Positions 50,426 to 63,470 are shown, counted from the stretch's first letter. The stretch is DNA of 64,000 bases from Sphaerodactylus townsendi (GCF_021028975.2 NC_059428.1:27962001-28026000), one strand, 5' to 3'. Notes: generated from the sequence alone by a model not told the origin. Numbers and translations are program-made.

Positions 50426-52105
50426 AAGGATAACATGGCCTTTACTACCTTGTTAGACCTAGAAGGAAAACAGGGTCAAGTTTGATTGGTATTTCAATCC
50501 AATCCAAAAACCTTTATTAGGCATAAAAGGTTGGTATTTAAATGGTTGACCATGAACGTAGTAGAGCTCTCTTATGAGACACAGGCAATAGCCAATCATC
50601 TCTGTTTTTCTCTTGTTTTGAAATCTCTATGGGGTTGCCATGTTGCAGCTAAACACCACTTTATACACACTCAATAATAAAATGTTGCTAATTGACAGGC
50701 AAAATACCCCTTTTGCCTATTTTCCTGTAATATCCACAATTTAAGTAAAGTCTACAAAGTCTTGCCCAAATAGAAAACCACTGTGTCTTGGTATAACAGG
50801 ACAGGTTTTATATATGGATGGTTATATGGAATACTCTATTAAGGTGAAGGAAAAGTATGGAGGATGTTCAAAATAAGCTGCTAACAATAATTGAACTGTA
50901 TTGAATATTGGATGTGGTTCAAAGGTTTTCTGGAAAGCATTATGTGAAAGTCTGCATTTAATGTGGCAAAATCTCAAAAAGTTGCTGAGTGATATATTTT
51001 CTCCTATCCAATTTTTTCTTTATTAAAAATTCTCTCTTTGGTGCATCAAAAAATTTTTTTGCATTTTGTTCAACTTGTTATGGAATCCTGCTTGCCTACA
51101 TTGTTTTGCCATGATGGATCATTATACTTCTCAGGTTTTGAAATGAAAGCCATCCTATTTTGTTTGAAACTGGTTTATCTGGATCTCAAAGGATACATTT
51201 TTGGAAGTCTATGTAGTTTGACATAAGAGTCCTTACTGCCCCCTAGTGGGCACCTGTGTGCATATGAAGCCTATCATCACCATCTTAGCAAAATTTTGGT
51301 CAAATACCCAACAACCAAGACAACTCTCACACAGAAAAGGTAGAACTTCCCAAGTATGCAGAAAAAGAGAATACAGAAAGTGCTATAAAATTGGGGTTTT
51401 GTAAAACAAAACAAAAAAGAATTGTTCAAGGTCTACACACAACATATGGTATTCTGGAGAGTGCGAGACTCATCCATGTGTCCAAAGTCACCCATACAGC
51501 ATAGGGCAGGGAAGATAAAATATCTTCCTTCATTCAGCTTCAGGGCCAGATATGGAGTTTTCTGCTCATTTAGCTCCAAATCTCTGCAGTAAGCACTATA
51601 TTGCAATTGTGTAGCTCTGGAACTGAACCATGCTGCACTATGGAGATAAATTGTTCCCCACCCCACACACATGCACACACGCAAAGCTTAACTAACACTA
51701 CCTTTTATTGTTAGTGTTAGTTAAACTTTGTGCCTGCATACATGTCAGAGGATGATTGCAAGACCAGGTTGTAACATTATAGCTTAAATTTTTAGTTTTC
51801 CATTGCCCTTGCCTTTTCAAATTTTGTAAAATGAAGCCCAAGCAGAAGTCGTGCTGACCTCAAAAGCTTTCACAATGTTTTGTGTCAATTAAGCTGGCTA
51901 AAAAGTACTACATGCATTTTGTATTTTAAAAATTTCCATTGTCTGCTTGCAATTTTGTGTGGACTGCTTATGGCTGTTTACTTCCCCCCCCCCCCCTCTA
52001 ATGTAAGGATATCTAATTTCAATCAATCAACAGAGAGAATTGTCAACACAGAGAAAGCAAACCTGGGGAAAGACTTTACAAATCTGGCTTTTATAGACTG
52101 TATAC

Positions 52106-52469
52106 CAGGGGTTCCCAACATGGTGCCACTGAATGCCATGTACCTGTGGACACTTTTCCTGGCACCGACCAAATGTTTTTAGAAAGTGATGGGGACAGGT
52201 GGGGCTTTTGATTGGCACAGGAGATCTAACTGGCTGTGCAGACTGAAGTAACATTATTTTAGCAGCAGTTGCTATCACAGTGTTGGTTTTATTCTCCCTC
52301 GCTTCTCTTTCCCAGTTAATTTTTTAAACAACACCTCTTCTGCCCTTTACTTGGACTTCCTCTGTGTGATTGGCTCCACCTCCCACAGCAGCCATTTTGT
52401 GGTTGTGCCCACCATCCTTGTAAGAATTCCAAAGATGCCCACAGGCTCAAAAAATGTTGAGAGCCCTCA
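52106..52469 (+). mobile_element. hAT non-autonomous element
   Basis: Starts CAGGGGTTCCCAAC, degenerate right TIR GTTGAGAGCCCTCA; TSD CTGTATAC / CTCTATAC (7/8). Confidence 0.65.
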
Positions 52470-52778
52470 CTCTATACCTTGTGTGTCACCTGAACTTAAT
52501 TTTAAACATTGCTAATTTAAAACTACCAGGTGCTTCCTTTTGCTGTCAGTCTTCAAGGTAGTTGTCTCTTTTGACATTTGAGAGCAACATGGTTGGATTA
52601 TTGCTGGTTTTTGCATTTCCGCAGAGTGGGCACCAGGAAATGCAGCCCCTTCTCAGAGGGTTACTGTATTGTAACACTGGCAATAAAGTTAAGCTTTGTG
52701 CATTAATGCATTTAAACGAGGATGCTTATAAAAACAGATCATAACATCACAGCCTGAAAAATTGGTTTCTGTCCCTTG

Positions 52779-52919
52779 GGCCCCTTCCGCACACGCAAAA
52801 TAATGCATTTTCAAACCACTTTCACAACTGTTTGCAAGTGGATTTTGCCATTCCGCACAGCTTCAAGGAGCACTGAAAGCAGTTTGAAAGTACATTATTC
52901 TGCTTGTGCGGAATGAGCC
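52779..52919. mobile_element. MITE (PIF/Harbinger-like)
   Basis: TIR GGCCCCTTCCGCACA / TGTGCGGAATGAGCC; 3-bp flanks TTG / TTG; second copy at 10470. Confidence 0.65.
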
Positions 52920-53819
52920 TTGGTTTTTTTAAATTTTTATAACATCCAGCCTGATCAAGAGTTCTGGTAAGATGAAGCTGAAACACAATGTGTTGGGTCT
53001 ATTTGGGTGGTCTTAATAAAAGATTATGAACTTTGTTTTTGTTGGTGAAATCATATTACACCAATACTGAAGAAATTGCACTGGCTTTCCAGCCAAAGAA
53101 TCTTTGACTTTAAAAGCCCAAATTGGTTTTACTGTGTATGCCAAAAAAAAAATATCTACTCCAGTATAAATCTTTGCAAGAATCTGGTTTGAGTTCCGTA
53201 TCACTGGGAGAGCTAGAGGTTGGACTAGGCCTGGAAAGGTACAGGATCAAACTCCTACTTGGCCCAGATACTTTGACCCAGTCATAATTTCCTCAGTCTA
53301 ACTTACAGGGTTATTATGAAGATGGCACTGAAGAGAATGGAGGGATAAAACAGTTTACTGGCTGTATTTGACAACAGACTAAAGGTTGAATGGTCCAGCC
53401 AGCCTTCCTGTGAGTTTCTCCTGTGAACTTTCCAAGATGTATAGACAAGTGGAGATGAAGAGAATTTTTGAGATGTTGTCAAAGAAGGACCAACCCCACT
53501 TTCCCCTTCTTTTAAGTTTTCCAAATGTTCATCTCCCATGAGGGCTGGGTAAATCACAGATAAAAACTGATAGGAGAGTATTTGACTCATAAATTTGAGT
53601 CTTTGAAGCAGAACTGGCAATCACATGCACATACACATGTATATCAATGCTATCTAGATTTGGATATGCTATGGGACAGCCTTCCTTGCAACATTTCTCC
53701 CTTTCCTATAAGGCTAGAGTCAGGAGTAGCCAGTTAGATCTGCGTCCAGTAGCACCTTAGAGACCAACAAGATTTTGGGGGCATAAGCTTTTGAGAGTTA
53801 AAGGTCCCTTTATTAGGTA

Positions 53820-54125
53820 ACAGGAGTTGTCAATGAAGATGTTGGGGAATAGGTTAAGTACAGACAAAAGGAAGTATTTCTTTACTCAATGAGCAATTAA
53901 ACTGTGGAATTCACTCCCAGTGGACATAGTGATGACCATGAGGATAGACAGCTTAAAAAGAGGGTTAGATAGATTGGTGGAAGGGAGGTCCATCAATGTC
54001 TACTAGCCATGGTGAATAGAGGGAACCCCTGTATACAGAGGCAGCAAGTCTCCTGGATAACTGATTGGCTACCACAGAATGCTAGGCTAGCTTGACCACT
54101 GATCTTGCAAGACGTTTCTTAACCT
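53820..54125 (+). mobile_element. CR1 LINE 3' fragment
   Basis: TDKRKYFFTQ*AIKLWNSLP-like C-terminus and CR1-type 3'UTR. Confidence 0.7.
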
Positions 54126-54374
54126 CTTAAGCATTACACATTTCCCTTCCTTTTTATCTACATAATTGAAAATAATAACAGAATATAAATGTTGATCATA
54201 CACTGGTTATAAGTACTGTAGCTCATGATAGCAATGATGGCAAATACCTGTGAAGTATATTCACCAATCTAAGTGGAGTATTTGTTGGCTCTACTCCTAA
54301 AGAGTGTATATTTATTTATTTCAAAAGAACACTGAAGGCAGCTTACTTCCTATTATGAAATAATACAAATGGCA

Positions 54375-54834
54375 TGTAGTCATCCCCGCAGGGTCGTCGC
54401 TAAGGAATAGGCGAGACGCGGAGGAGGTTTCATCTGGTGGAGAGCGTCAGCAACAGGAAGCGCGGGATTTCGTGATCCTGACAACTCTGCCCTGTGCTGG
54501 TTTCTGGCACCTTTTATTAGGGTTTCATTGTGGGCGTGTAAAGGAGGTGGGTAGGGAGATGAGCGGGAGACCGGGAGACCTGGAGATCATCATGTGATGC
54601 ATGATCTCACCTGGCTACGTGCGGAGAGGAGCGTAAGCGTCTGAGCCTAATCCTCACCTGGGGGCAAGACCATTGTCCCTGGCGCTACCGTGACTGGAGA
54701 GCTTTCAGACAGTTCATGACCCGTGACTCATAGGGGGATGAGGAGTGGGGGTGCGGTGCGACCAGAAGGCCGTAGGTCCGTTGGCGTCCCAACGTTCTAC
54801 CACGGCGCTGCTGGGTCAGCAGTGCATTACTACA
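54375..54834 (-). mobile_element. Solo LTR (460 bp, 6-bp TSD; ERV2/betaretrovirus-like)
   Basis: Perfect terminal inverted TGTAGT...ACTACA; perfect TSD ATGGCA (54369-54374, 54835-54840); many CpGs retained. Orientation inferred from AATAAAA on the minus strand near 54512. Confidence 0.85.
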
Positions 54835-55299
54835 ATGGCAGCAACAGATTATCCACAAAATCAATAAAATAGGACTGAAACTGACAACACTGAAATGTCA
54901 AATAACAATTACTTTCAAAAGCTCTCTGAATTTTTCAGAAAGCTCACAAGGAAATACTATTTACTATTCTTCAGCAAAAGAGAGTTCTGTAATTTAGAGG
55001 TAACAGCTCAGAAGACTTTCACAATTTCCCACCTGTCGTATCTCAGACCCAGAGCATATCCATAAAAAAGCCTCAGTAGCCAACTTCAAAAACCCAGGCA
55101 GATACTTATGAATATAATCATGTCATCATGTAGTTCAATGTCAAGGATATTTCATAATACATCTGGAAATAGTAGCATGTATCCAATGGTGTGTATCCAT
55201 CCATGGCTTTGCAGAGTCTGACTCTCCTATCATCCCCTCCCACTGCAACACATTAAGTCCCCACCCCACCCCGTTTTGTCCCTGGGCAGCCAGTTAACC

Positions 55300-55655
55300 C
55301 TCAGAAACAGTATGGGGGCAAAGCAGGAGTCTGTGATGGGAGGGCAGACTTTGGTGCTGCTAGCTTAACAATTGCACCCCTGACAGCAGGCACCCCCCAA
55401 TTTCCCCCAGATTCTTCTTTTAAATTCACCCCCTTCGGCATGGATTTAAAGGGAGAATCTGAGGTCCCCAGTTTAAAAATTGAAAGTGATGCTGTTTCAG
55501 GGTGGGAGATAATCCACTCCCAAACAGCATCACTTTTCAATGTTGTTTTAACTGGGGCCCACAGATTCTCCCTTTAAGGTGGATTTAAAAGAGGAATCTG
55601 GGCTCCCTAGTTTAAACACCATTGAAAGTAATGGTGTTTTGGCGGTAGATTCCAG
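55300..55655. repeat. Internally repetitive element running into the assembly gap
   Basis: Direct and inverted units GGATTTAAAGGGAGAATCTGAGGTCCCCAGTTTAAA...TGAAAGTGATGCTGTTT at 55442 and 55581. Confidence 0.55.
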
Positions 55656-55805
55656 NNNNNNNNNNNNNNNNNNNNNNNNNNNNNNNNNNNNNNNNNNNNN
55701 NNNNNNNNNNNNNNNNNNNNNNNNNNNNNNNNNNNNNNNNNNNNNNNNNNNNNNNNNNNNNNNNNNNNNNNNNNNNNNNNNNNNNNNNNNNNNNNNNNNN
55801 NNNNN
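55656..55805. other. Assembly gap (150 N)
   Basis: Run of N. Confidence 1.
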
Positions 55806-56245
55806 AGACTGGATCAATGATAAACTGAGAGGCTTGCAAATCATGTATTTGAACTATGATCAACTTCCTCAAAGATATCCTATATGATTGCAACCTTAAA
55901 ACAATGATTGCAACCTTAAAACAATCAGCTCCACACAAATACAGGATGACTATAGACAATAAACAAAGGGAACAAAGGCCAGACTACTTCTATTCAGATG
56001 CCTCACCTATTGACCTTGTTATCTCCATTGTTACTCATATGCTACACTTCATTGTTACTCACTTGCCAGGCCACGCCTATTCAGATGCCTTCACCTATTG
56101 ACCTTTACTCACAGGTATATATACTCCACTTGCTTTCCTTTCCTACTATCAGATCCTCTGAAGATGCCAGCCACAGGCGAAACATCAGGAGAGAATGCTG
56201 CTAAAACCCGGCCATACAGCGCGGAAACCACACAGCACCCCAAAA
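55806..56245 (+). mobile_element. Penelope-like (Poseidon-type) element 3' end with minimal hammerhead motif
   Basis: TCCT-CTGAAGA-TGCCAGCCACAGGC-GAAA-CATC-AGGA at 56154-56190, followed by GAGAATGCTGCT...CGGCCATACAGCGCGGAAACCACACAGCACCC; local duplications such as ATGATTGCAACCTTAAAACA x2. Confidence 0.7.
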
Positions 56246-56429
56246 CAATGATTCATTGTTTCTACAAAGGCTGGGTAGCCAGCAAGTGGTAAATGTTAGC
56301 AAACTATACCCTTTCCCACCAAAAAAGTGCAGTCAGTAATAATGTGGCAGAAGAGGATGCTTCCACAGTAGAAAATAGTCCTGAACTGCGGGGAGGGGAC
56401 TGTGGGTGAAGGAATGTGAAGGTTTTTGT

Positions 56430-56710
56430 TGGACCTGGCTTGGTGTTTGGCCTGGGGGAGAATGTGGAGGCTGTTGCCCGGCACTGTGAGAGGGAGGCTG
56501 CTTGCTTTGTGCTTGGGCTGGAGGGTGGGTGGGGGAATGGGGAGACTGTTGCCAGACCCAGCTTGGTGTTTGGGAGAGTGGGAGAGTGGGCAAGAGAATG
56601 GGGAGGCTGTTGCTGGGCTTGGTGTTTGTAGTGGTGGGAGGGATGGAAAGGCTGTTGCCAGGCCTGGCAGGAGTGCTATTTGCTATGTTTGGCTGTTGCC
56701 AGGCACTAGG
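56430..56710. repeat. Degenerate G-rich minisatellite (about 55-65 bp unit)
   Basis: Recurring GCTTGGTGTTTG...GGAGGCTGTTGCC units. Confidence 0.55.
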
Positions 56711-57213
56711 ACTCAATGGGAACATTCCAGAACAAAGAAGGTCCAGGAAGTGATTGAGGATGAATTGGATCTTTCAGTGGGAAGTCATTTGTAGATCTTG
56801 GATCATAGGTGTAGCTGCAACGGGGACATGTGGGGACATTTGCTCCGGGCAGCCCCGTTGCATCATGTGGGGTGACTGAAATCACCCCCCACACTTCCGG
56901 GAATGAGAAGGGACATGGCTGGGCCTGGGCACAATGTGCACATGCTGCCCAGGAAGAAACCTGCGCCTGTCAGCCGGCCTGGTGGGCCATGGGCGTGTTC
57001 TCCATCTCTCTAGAGAGCATGTCCTTAGCCCACCAGGCCGGTTGACATCACGCCCAGACCCACCCACGCCCCTCATCCTTCCCCCCTCACCCCGCCAGGC
57101 CAGGCCACCATCTAAGGTAAGTAGAGGGGTGCAGGGGACCCATGGGGGGCCCCTGGAAAATTCCATGGGCTCCATTTTCCATAGCTACGCCTTCAGGGAT
57201 TGGGTGGTATATC

Positions 57214-57216
57214 AAA

Positions 57217-57272
<56 letters not shown>
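57214..57272 (+). repeat. (AAAT)n-(AAT)n microsatellite
   Basis: Seen directly. Confidence 0.95.
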
Positions 57273-57273
<1 letters not shown>

Positions 57274-60200
57274 TATGTAATATGTAATAATTGTGTGTAT
57301 TGTGTATGTGTATTATGTGTGTGTGTGTGTGTCGAATGTACCAAAGGTCTGGAAGGAGACTTCACCTTGAACTTACAGAAATTACTGAGCAAGGAGCTTG
57401 CTGATCCAAGAAGATATATTGAAAGAAACAAAGAGTTTTTTGGTGCACTAGAGCTAGCAGAGAAATCCAGCAGAGAAAGCACAAGACAGTGGTGACTGAA
57501 AACATGCAAGGAACTAACTCAAAGAAATTCAGCAGAATTGGCAACAATTCAAGGGACTACAAGAGACAGAGGAGGAAGAGGAGGAAGAAACAACAGTGTC
57601 ACTTACTCCCAAGGGAGCCAACCCAAAACAACCCAAAGAGTTCCCAATTGACAAAAAAGCAAGGAAAGAACTGATTACAGAGAGATCCTAGGAACACATA
57701 TGAGCAATACAAACGAACTGACATTGAGATTGCCACCATAGTGGATTGTTCAAAGGGAGGATCTGCTCAATTCCCTGAAGGGATGCAAACAAGGTCACAT
57801 TGCTGGAATCCAAAACAATGTCACTGCATGAAACAAACCAGCTTATGTACAGCACTTTCTACGAAGTGATTACTAAAAGAGCTAGGGGTAAAGATTCATC
57901 ACCCAGAAAGAAGGCCGAAAATAGGTACTCCAAAGTGGAAGAATCAGACTGGGAAGAAAAAAAATCAACAAACTAGATGGGATGCCAACAAACTGAAAAG
58001 CATGAAGGGAGAAGAAGCTGAAAAATGACAAAATCAAAGCAGACCTAGTTAGGAGAATTTCCACCTGGACAAGAGGAAACTCAATGAGGCAATAGGGGTG
58101 GTCAAACAACGAGATGGTGGTAGTTTTCAAAGAAGATTGCAAGATTCGAAGCAAGGGTTGCTCAATTCAAGCAGAATCAACTTTTCTACTCCAACCAGAA
58201 GCGATTCTACCAGAATGTAAGAAGTGGAGATGTGAAACGAAACACAGGAGAGCCAGACAGAAGGGAGAACAAGCAATTGAGTTCTGGAGAAACATTTGGG
58301 ACAACCCAAAGAACTTCAACCAAAGTACAGAGTTGGGCCAAAAGATGTGGAGAGCTGAACTGAGCAGCAACAACATGGACAACCTGGTAATAACAACTAA
58401 AATATGGTTGGAAAACGAGCAAAAAAGGTGAAAGAACTGGACTGCCCCAGGCAGTGACGAACCACATGGATTCTGGCTGAAGAAGCAGACCAACTTGCAT
58501 GAAAAGAATTGCCCAACAGTTGAATCAGGTGCTGCAAACAGGCCAAATTGAAGAATGGATGACAACAGGGAGAAAGCGTTTCCTGATAATGAAAGACCAA
58601 GAAAGAGGAGCAATCCCTAGCAATTACAGGCCAATCACTTGCACTACCAACAACCTTTAAACTTTTTACTGGCATATTGGCTGATGCAATGAGACCACCT
58701 GGAAGGGGAAGAACTTGCTGCCCCCAGAACAAAAAGGAAACAAAGCGAAACAGTAGGGGAACAAAAGATCAGCACTCATAAGATAAAATGATCCCTTGAG
58801 TGATTGCAAAAGAAGGAAAACCAACTTGCATGTAGCTTGGACTGATTAACAGGAAAGCATCTCGATTCACTGCCACACAGTTACTTGGATACTTCATTGC
58901 CTGGAGATAATTGGAGTCCAATGAGAAACATCAAGAAATTGGTCAAGAGAATGCAATGCACACTTGGAAAACACAGAATTAATAGTCAATGGAGCAGGAA
59001 TAGGGGAAATCAACATCCAGATAGGGGAATATTCCAAGGAGACTCCCTGTCCCACACTACTCTTCATCATTGCTATGATTCCGCTCTCTATAATTCTGAG
59101 AGAAAACAGGTCAAAGGATATCAGACAGCAAAGAAACTCACCAAAAATTTCACACCTTCTATACATGGACGACCTAAAGCTATATGGAAAATCAAAAGCA
59201 GAGATTGAGTCACTACTGAACACAGTGAGAGTCTTTAGCACTGACATTGCAATGGATTTTGGACATGCCAAGTGTGCAACTTTGGAACTCAGTAAAGGAT
59301 GAAACTTTTGCAACATGCGAAGGTGTGGAATATGCCAAATGACATAGGAAATAAAGGAAAGCTTACCAAGTGAATGAAAAGCTACAAATACTTGGGGATA
59401 CTGCAAGCAGAGAACATTAAGCATGCAGAAGTCAAAGGCGCACTTAGGAAGGAATATCTTAGAAGGGTAAGAAAAATACCTTTGAAATCAAAAGTTAAAT
59501 GGAGGAAATACAATAAAGGTATTAAATACTTGGTAGAGTTGCCTGTAGTACGCTACACTGCTGGCATAATTGACTGGACACAAGCTTCTAATTGGACATC
59601 CTGGACAGAAAAAACAAAGGAAGAATTATGACCATCAATCCAGAAAGCACTGCATCCAAGAAGTGATGTAGACAGACTCTACCTAGCAAGGTCAGAAGGA
59701 GGAAGAGGACTGCTCCCACATCAAAGCTAATCCCAGTAGAGGGAAAGAAAAAAAGAGGGCCTGAAAAGAATACATCCAAGAGAAAGTCAAAGAGCCAGCA
59801 TTGAAAGAAAGAAAGTCCACAAGGCTACAGAGATGCCTGAAAGCCAAAGAATCAAAAAAGAGTATAGAGTCCAACAGTTTAAAACACGAAAGGAGCAGTG
59901 GGCCCCTAAAACAAGCCACTCCATGGGCAGTACTTTAAGAACATTGAAGGGAAGGTTGACAGCAAGAAAACATGGGAGTGGCTCAGAAGGGGAACTCTAA
60001 AGAAGGAAACGAAGGCCTGATTTTTGCTGCCCAGGAGCAAGCATTACAGGACAAATGCAATAAAGACAGACTAATCTAAAAGTCTTACAATGACCCAAAG
60101 TGCCCGCCTCTCTGCAAGAGAGGGTGATGAAACTCGTGGAGCACATCATCTGCTGTTGTAAGAAAAATAGCCCAAAACTGACTATCTTGAACGTCAACAA

Positions 60201-60777
60201 TAGGCTAGCAGCAATGGTGCACTGGGAGAAACCTTTGCAAAAAGTACGGCCTGCCCTGTAGCAAAGACCTGAGTAATGGAGCTACAAGCTTTCAGAAGAC
60301 CACAGAAACAGTTGAAGAAGCAAAAATACTCTGGGACTTTTAGAATACAAACAGACAGACACCTGGCACACAACACCCCAGACATAACAGTGATAGAGAA
60401 AAAACATGTTTGGATCATAGATGTTGCTGTGCCAGTTGACAGCAGGGTAGAGGACAAAGAGCTGGAAAAGATAACAAAATACAAGGACCACCTACAAATT
60501 GAAGTTGAACGATTGTGGTACAGAAAAAGAACAACAGTAATCCCACTAGTAGTCGGTGCTCTAGGAGGAATCCCAAGAAATCTTGAAAAACATCTGGAAA
60601 GCCTAAACTTGGACAGAACATCAGTCCACATGCTGCAGAAAGCAGCACTTCTAGGAACTGCACACATTCTATGCAAATACCTCTAATATCCTAGGTCCTT
60701 GGGAAGGACTCGATATTCAGAGATGAATTCCAGACACTTGTGCTGTGTTGTTATGTGTATAATAATAATAATAATAA
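57273..60777 (+). mobile_element. Dong/R4-clade non-LTR retrotransposon (RT, CCHC knuckle, restriction-like endonuclease), near full length, frameshifted
   Basis: SNYRPITC, GTKDQ, RGIFQGDSLS, ISHLLYMDDLKLYG, YKYLGILQ; CCHC remnant near 60100-60160; RLE segment FRIQTDRHLAHNTPDITVIEKKHVWIIDVAVP...EKITKYKD...IPLVVGALG; stop at 60686; (AAT)n on both sides. Confidence 0.9.
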
Positions 60778-61522
60778 AAACTCCACCTACATCCCCTCTT
60801 ATCCCCTTCTGAGATCACTCACTTTTTTCATAATCCACTTAAGTTTCATCAATATAAAAGTATGAAGGTAGTTATATCAACCAACAGACTTTTTTACAAT
60901 CCCTTTTGGGTACTCAAATTCCAGAGAAATTATAAAATATAAAGATAAACTGGATTGATATACATCAAATTAGACATTTTATTACACATCCTATAATTTT
61001 ACATCAATTTAAATTTCCTTTGCCTGTCTGAATTTCTGATTCAATTAAATTCAGTTCGTTCAAAAGAGATGGCTTTAAGAATACACCATTCCACAGCAGC
61101 TTTGTTAGTTTTTTGAAAATGGAAATAAGAAATAGACATGCGATGAATTATTTTCTTATTAGTAGTAAGATCCATCCTAGCTTAGCACTGGAAAGCCATA
61201 ACAAGAATGATGAAAGATGGTATAAGCATTTTTGGAATATTGTTGGAAAATTTAATTAATCAAATTAGATTAATAAAAACCTGGTTGATTATGGATGCCC
61301 TTTGTGCTGTTTGGAATCCATTTGTCTCTTTCAGTTTATTTTTTTCTCTTCATTTTTTTCTCTTGATTTGATTGTATTTCACTTCTTGGTTTCCCCCTCT
61401 TTGTTAATATAAAGTTATATAAAAGAGTGAGCAACTTAGGCCCAATTTAGACATTACATCTATATGAGTTGTGTTTCCTCTGGTTTTTAATAAACTTAGA
61501 TGAGACACAGGAAAAGGTAAGT

Positions 61523-61722
61523 GGGGCTGTGGCTCCGTGGTAGAGTATCTGCTTTGCATTCAGAATTCTTTCCCATAAATCTCCATCCAAAGGGATCAGG
61601 TAATACAGTGGGTGCCATGAAAAAAATCTCTACCAGAGACTTTGGGGAACTGCTACCAATCAGAATAGTTAATACTGTCCTTGATAGATGAATGGCCTGA
61701 TTCTGTATAAGGAAGTTTCATA
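61523..61722 (+). mobile_element. tRNA-derived SINE (Squam3-like)
   Basis: GGGGCTGTGGCTCCGTGGTAGAGTATCTGCTTTGCAT head without an intact B box or acceptor stem, followed by SINE body. Confidence 0.55.
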
Positions 61723-62849
61723 TTTGTTACGTGTTTTAATGCTGTAAGGGTGTAAAATGCTCAACCCAAAACAGCCTTGCTGTGCTGCATCTGATATTTT
61801 CCTCCAGGTCAAACTGACAAGTGACCTTTAAGTTCTTTTTTTTTAACCTCCTTTCTAATGTTTCTTGCTTGCTTCATTTATCTGAACGTACACTGTCTGA
61901 TCAGCCTCACCCATATACCTTCTTAATTATGGCATTCTGCTATCTGGATTACACAGGATGATTTGTGGGGAGACAGGTTGATGGATGATTAGGACTGGAA
62001 TGTACAAATGTGTATATTTTTGCTTCACTTTTCTTGTAGCAATATACGTAAAGCATTTTCAACAGCGAAAACTCAGAACACACTTGCAATTTGTTTAGGT
62101 ATAGCTTCGCTCAAGGTTCTTTAGATTCATTAATGGGAGATGAAGAAAGCTGTAGAAGTCAATATCTGTGTTTAAGGGATAAAGGGAATAAATCCTTGAG
62201 ATCTGAACTTCATACACAAAGGTTGATCCTTATTTTTTTTAATTAGTATTACATTTTTATCTTCTAGTTCCACCAAGACGGTCAGGATAAAATTAATGGT
62301 TTCCACAACTTTATAAGATGAATTAGGTTGAAAGAGAGTAAGTGACAGACAAAGTCATTCAGTGAACGTCATGGCTGAGTGAATATTTGCATCCAAACCT
62401 GCAGTCCTCATATGACATTCTAAACTGCTAGAGCCACACTGCGTCTTCTTCAGAATGGCACATCTGCTGCTGGACTTACTGTGACAAGTAAGACAAACTA
62501 TTTCTTCCAAACTTCTGCTTGCATACAGATGCTTCGTGACCTCTATGTTCCTAGTACCTGGAAGAAGTAAGGAAACAAATAATTGAGAATAGATGGAAAT
62601 GTGATGCTTGTCAGAAGCAAGCTTAGAGTATTTAACACTTAAACGATTACTTAACACTAATTGCATACTAGATGCTGTACAAGTTAGAAATACTATGACA
62701 CTTGCCTGTTGGATTTACAACGTAAAGACAACAAAGTCTTGTGTTCTCTTAAATGCTGTATTGTGACATAAGCTTATGCAAGTCATGGCCCACATTGTTA
62801 AGATGTGTGAACTGGACTTTGACTCCCAAAATCTTATGCCACAATACAT

Positions 62850-63470
62850 TTATTAATCTTTTGCAATGGAAAGTCAGCCTTCTGGAGTACTTGGAGAAGG
62901 TGAACATGTCTGTGGACAAGGATTATTCAGTAGATATTATATACTTGGACTTTGAAAACACCTGACAAAGCCATTTGTTAAAGATGGCTAAGGAAGCTTC
63001 ACAGGTAGAAGATGGATTAGAAACTGGTCACATGATAGGAAGAAGAGAGCAAAAATAGATGGACAGTTCTCGCAATGCAGGGATGTAAGCTGTAGGGTTC
63101 CTCAAAGTCTGATGTTGGGTCTAGTACTATTTTGTTTATAAATGATGTGGAATTGGGGGTGAGCAGTGTAGTTGCCAATGATATGGATTGTGAAGAGCTC
63201 TAGGAGGGTCTGTCTAAATTGAATGATAACAATGTGGCAAATGAAGTCAATCCAGGTAAGCGTATGGTAGTGTATATCGGAACAAAAAAACTAATTTAAA
63301 TATTTGCTGATAGGATCTAGCCAAGACTAAGGGGAAAAGAGATCTTGCAGTTGTGCACAGCTCAATAAAAATGTTGTCTGTGCAGCAGTGGTGAAAAAGG
63401 CAAACCCAATGCCTGGGACTACAGGTATTAGGAAAGGGATTGAAAATATGAAGGCTAGTATTATAATACA
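62850..63470 (+). mobile_element. CR1 LINE RT fragment (old)
   Basis: VDIIYLDFE..., RVPQSLMLGLVLF (decayed GVPQGSVLGP), INDVELGV motifs. Confidence 0.7.

Noticed and set aside
61523-61570. tRNA-Ala-like sequence
   Set aside because: No T arm/B box or acceptor stem; it is a SINE head.
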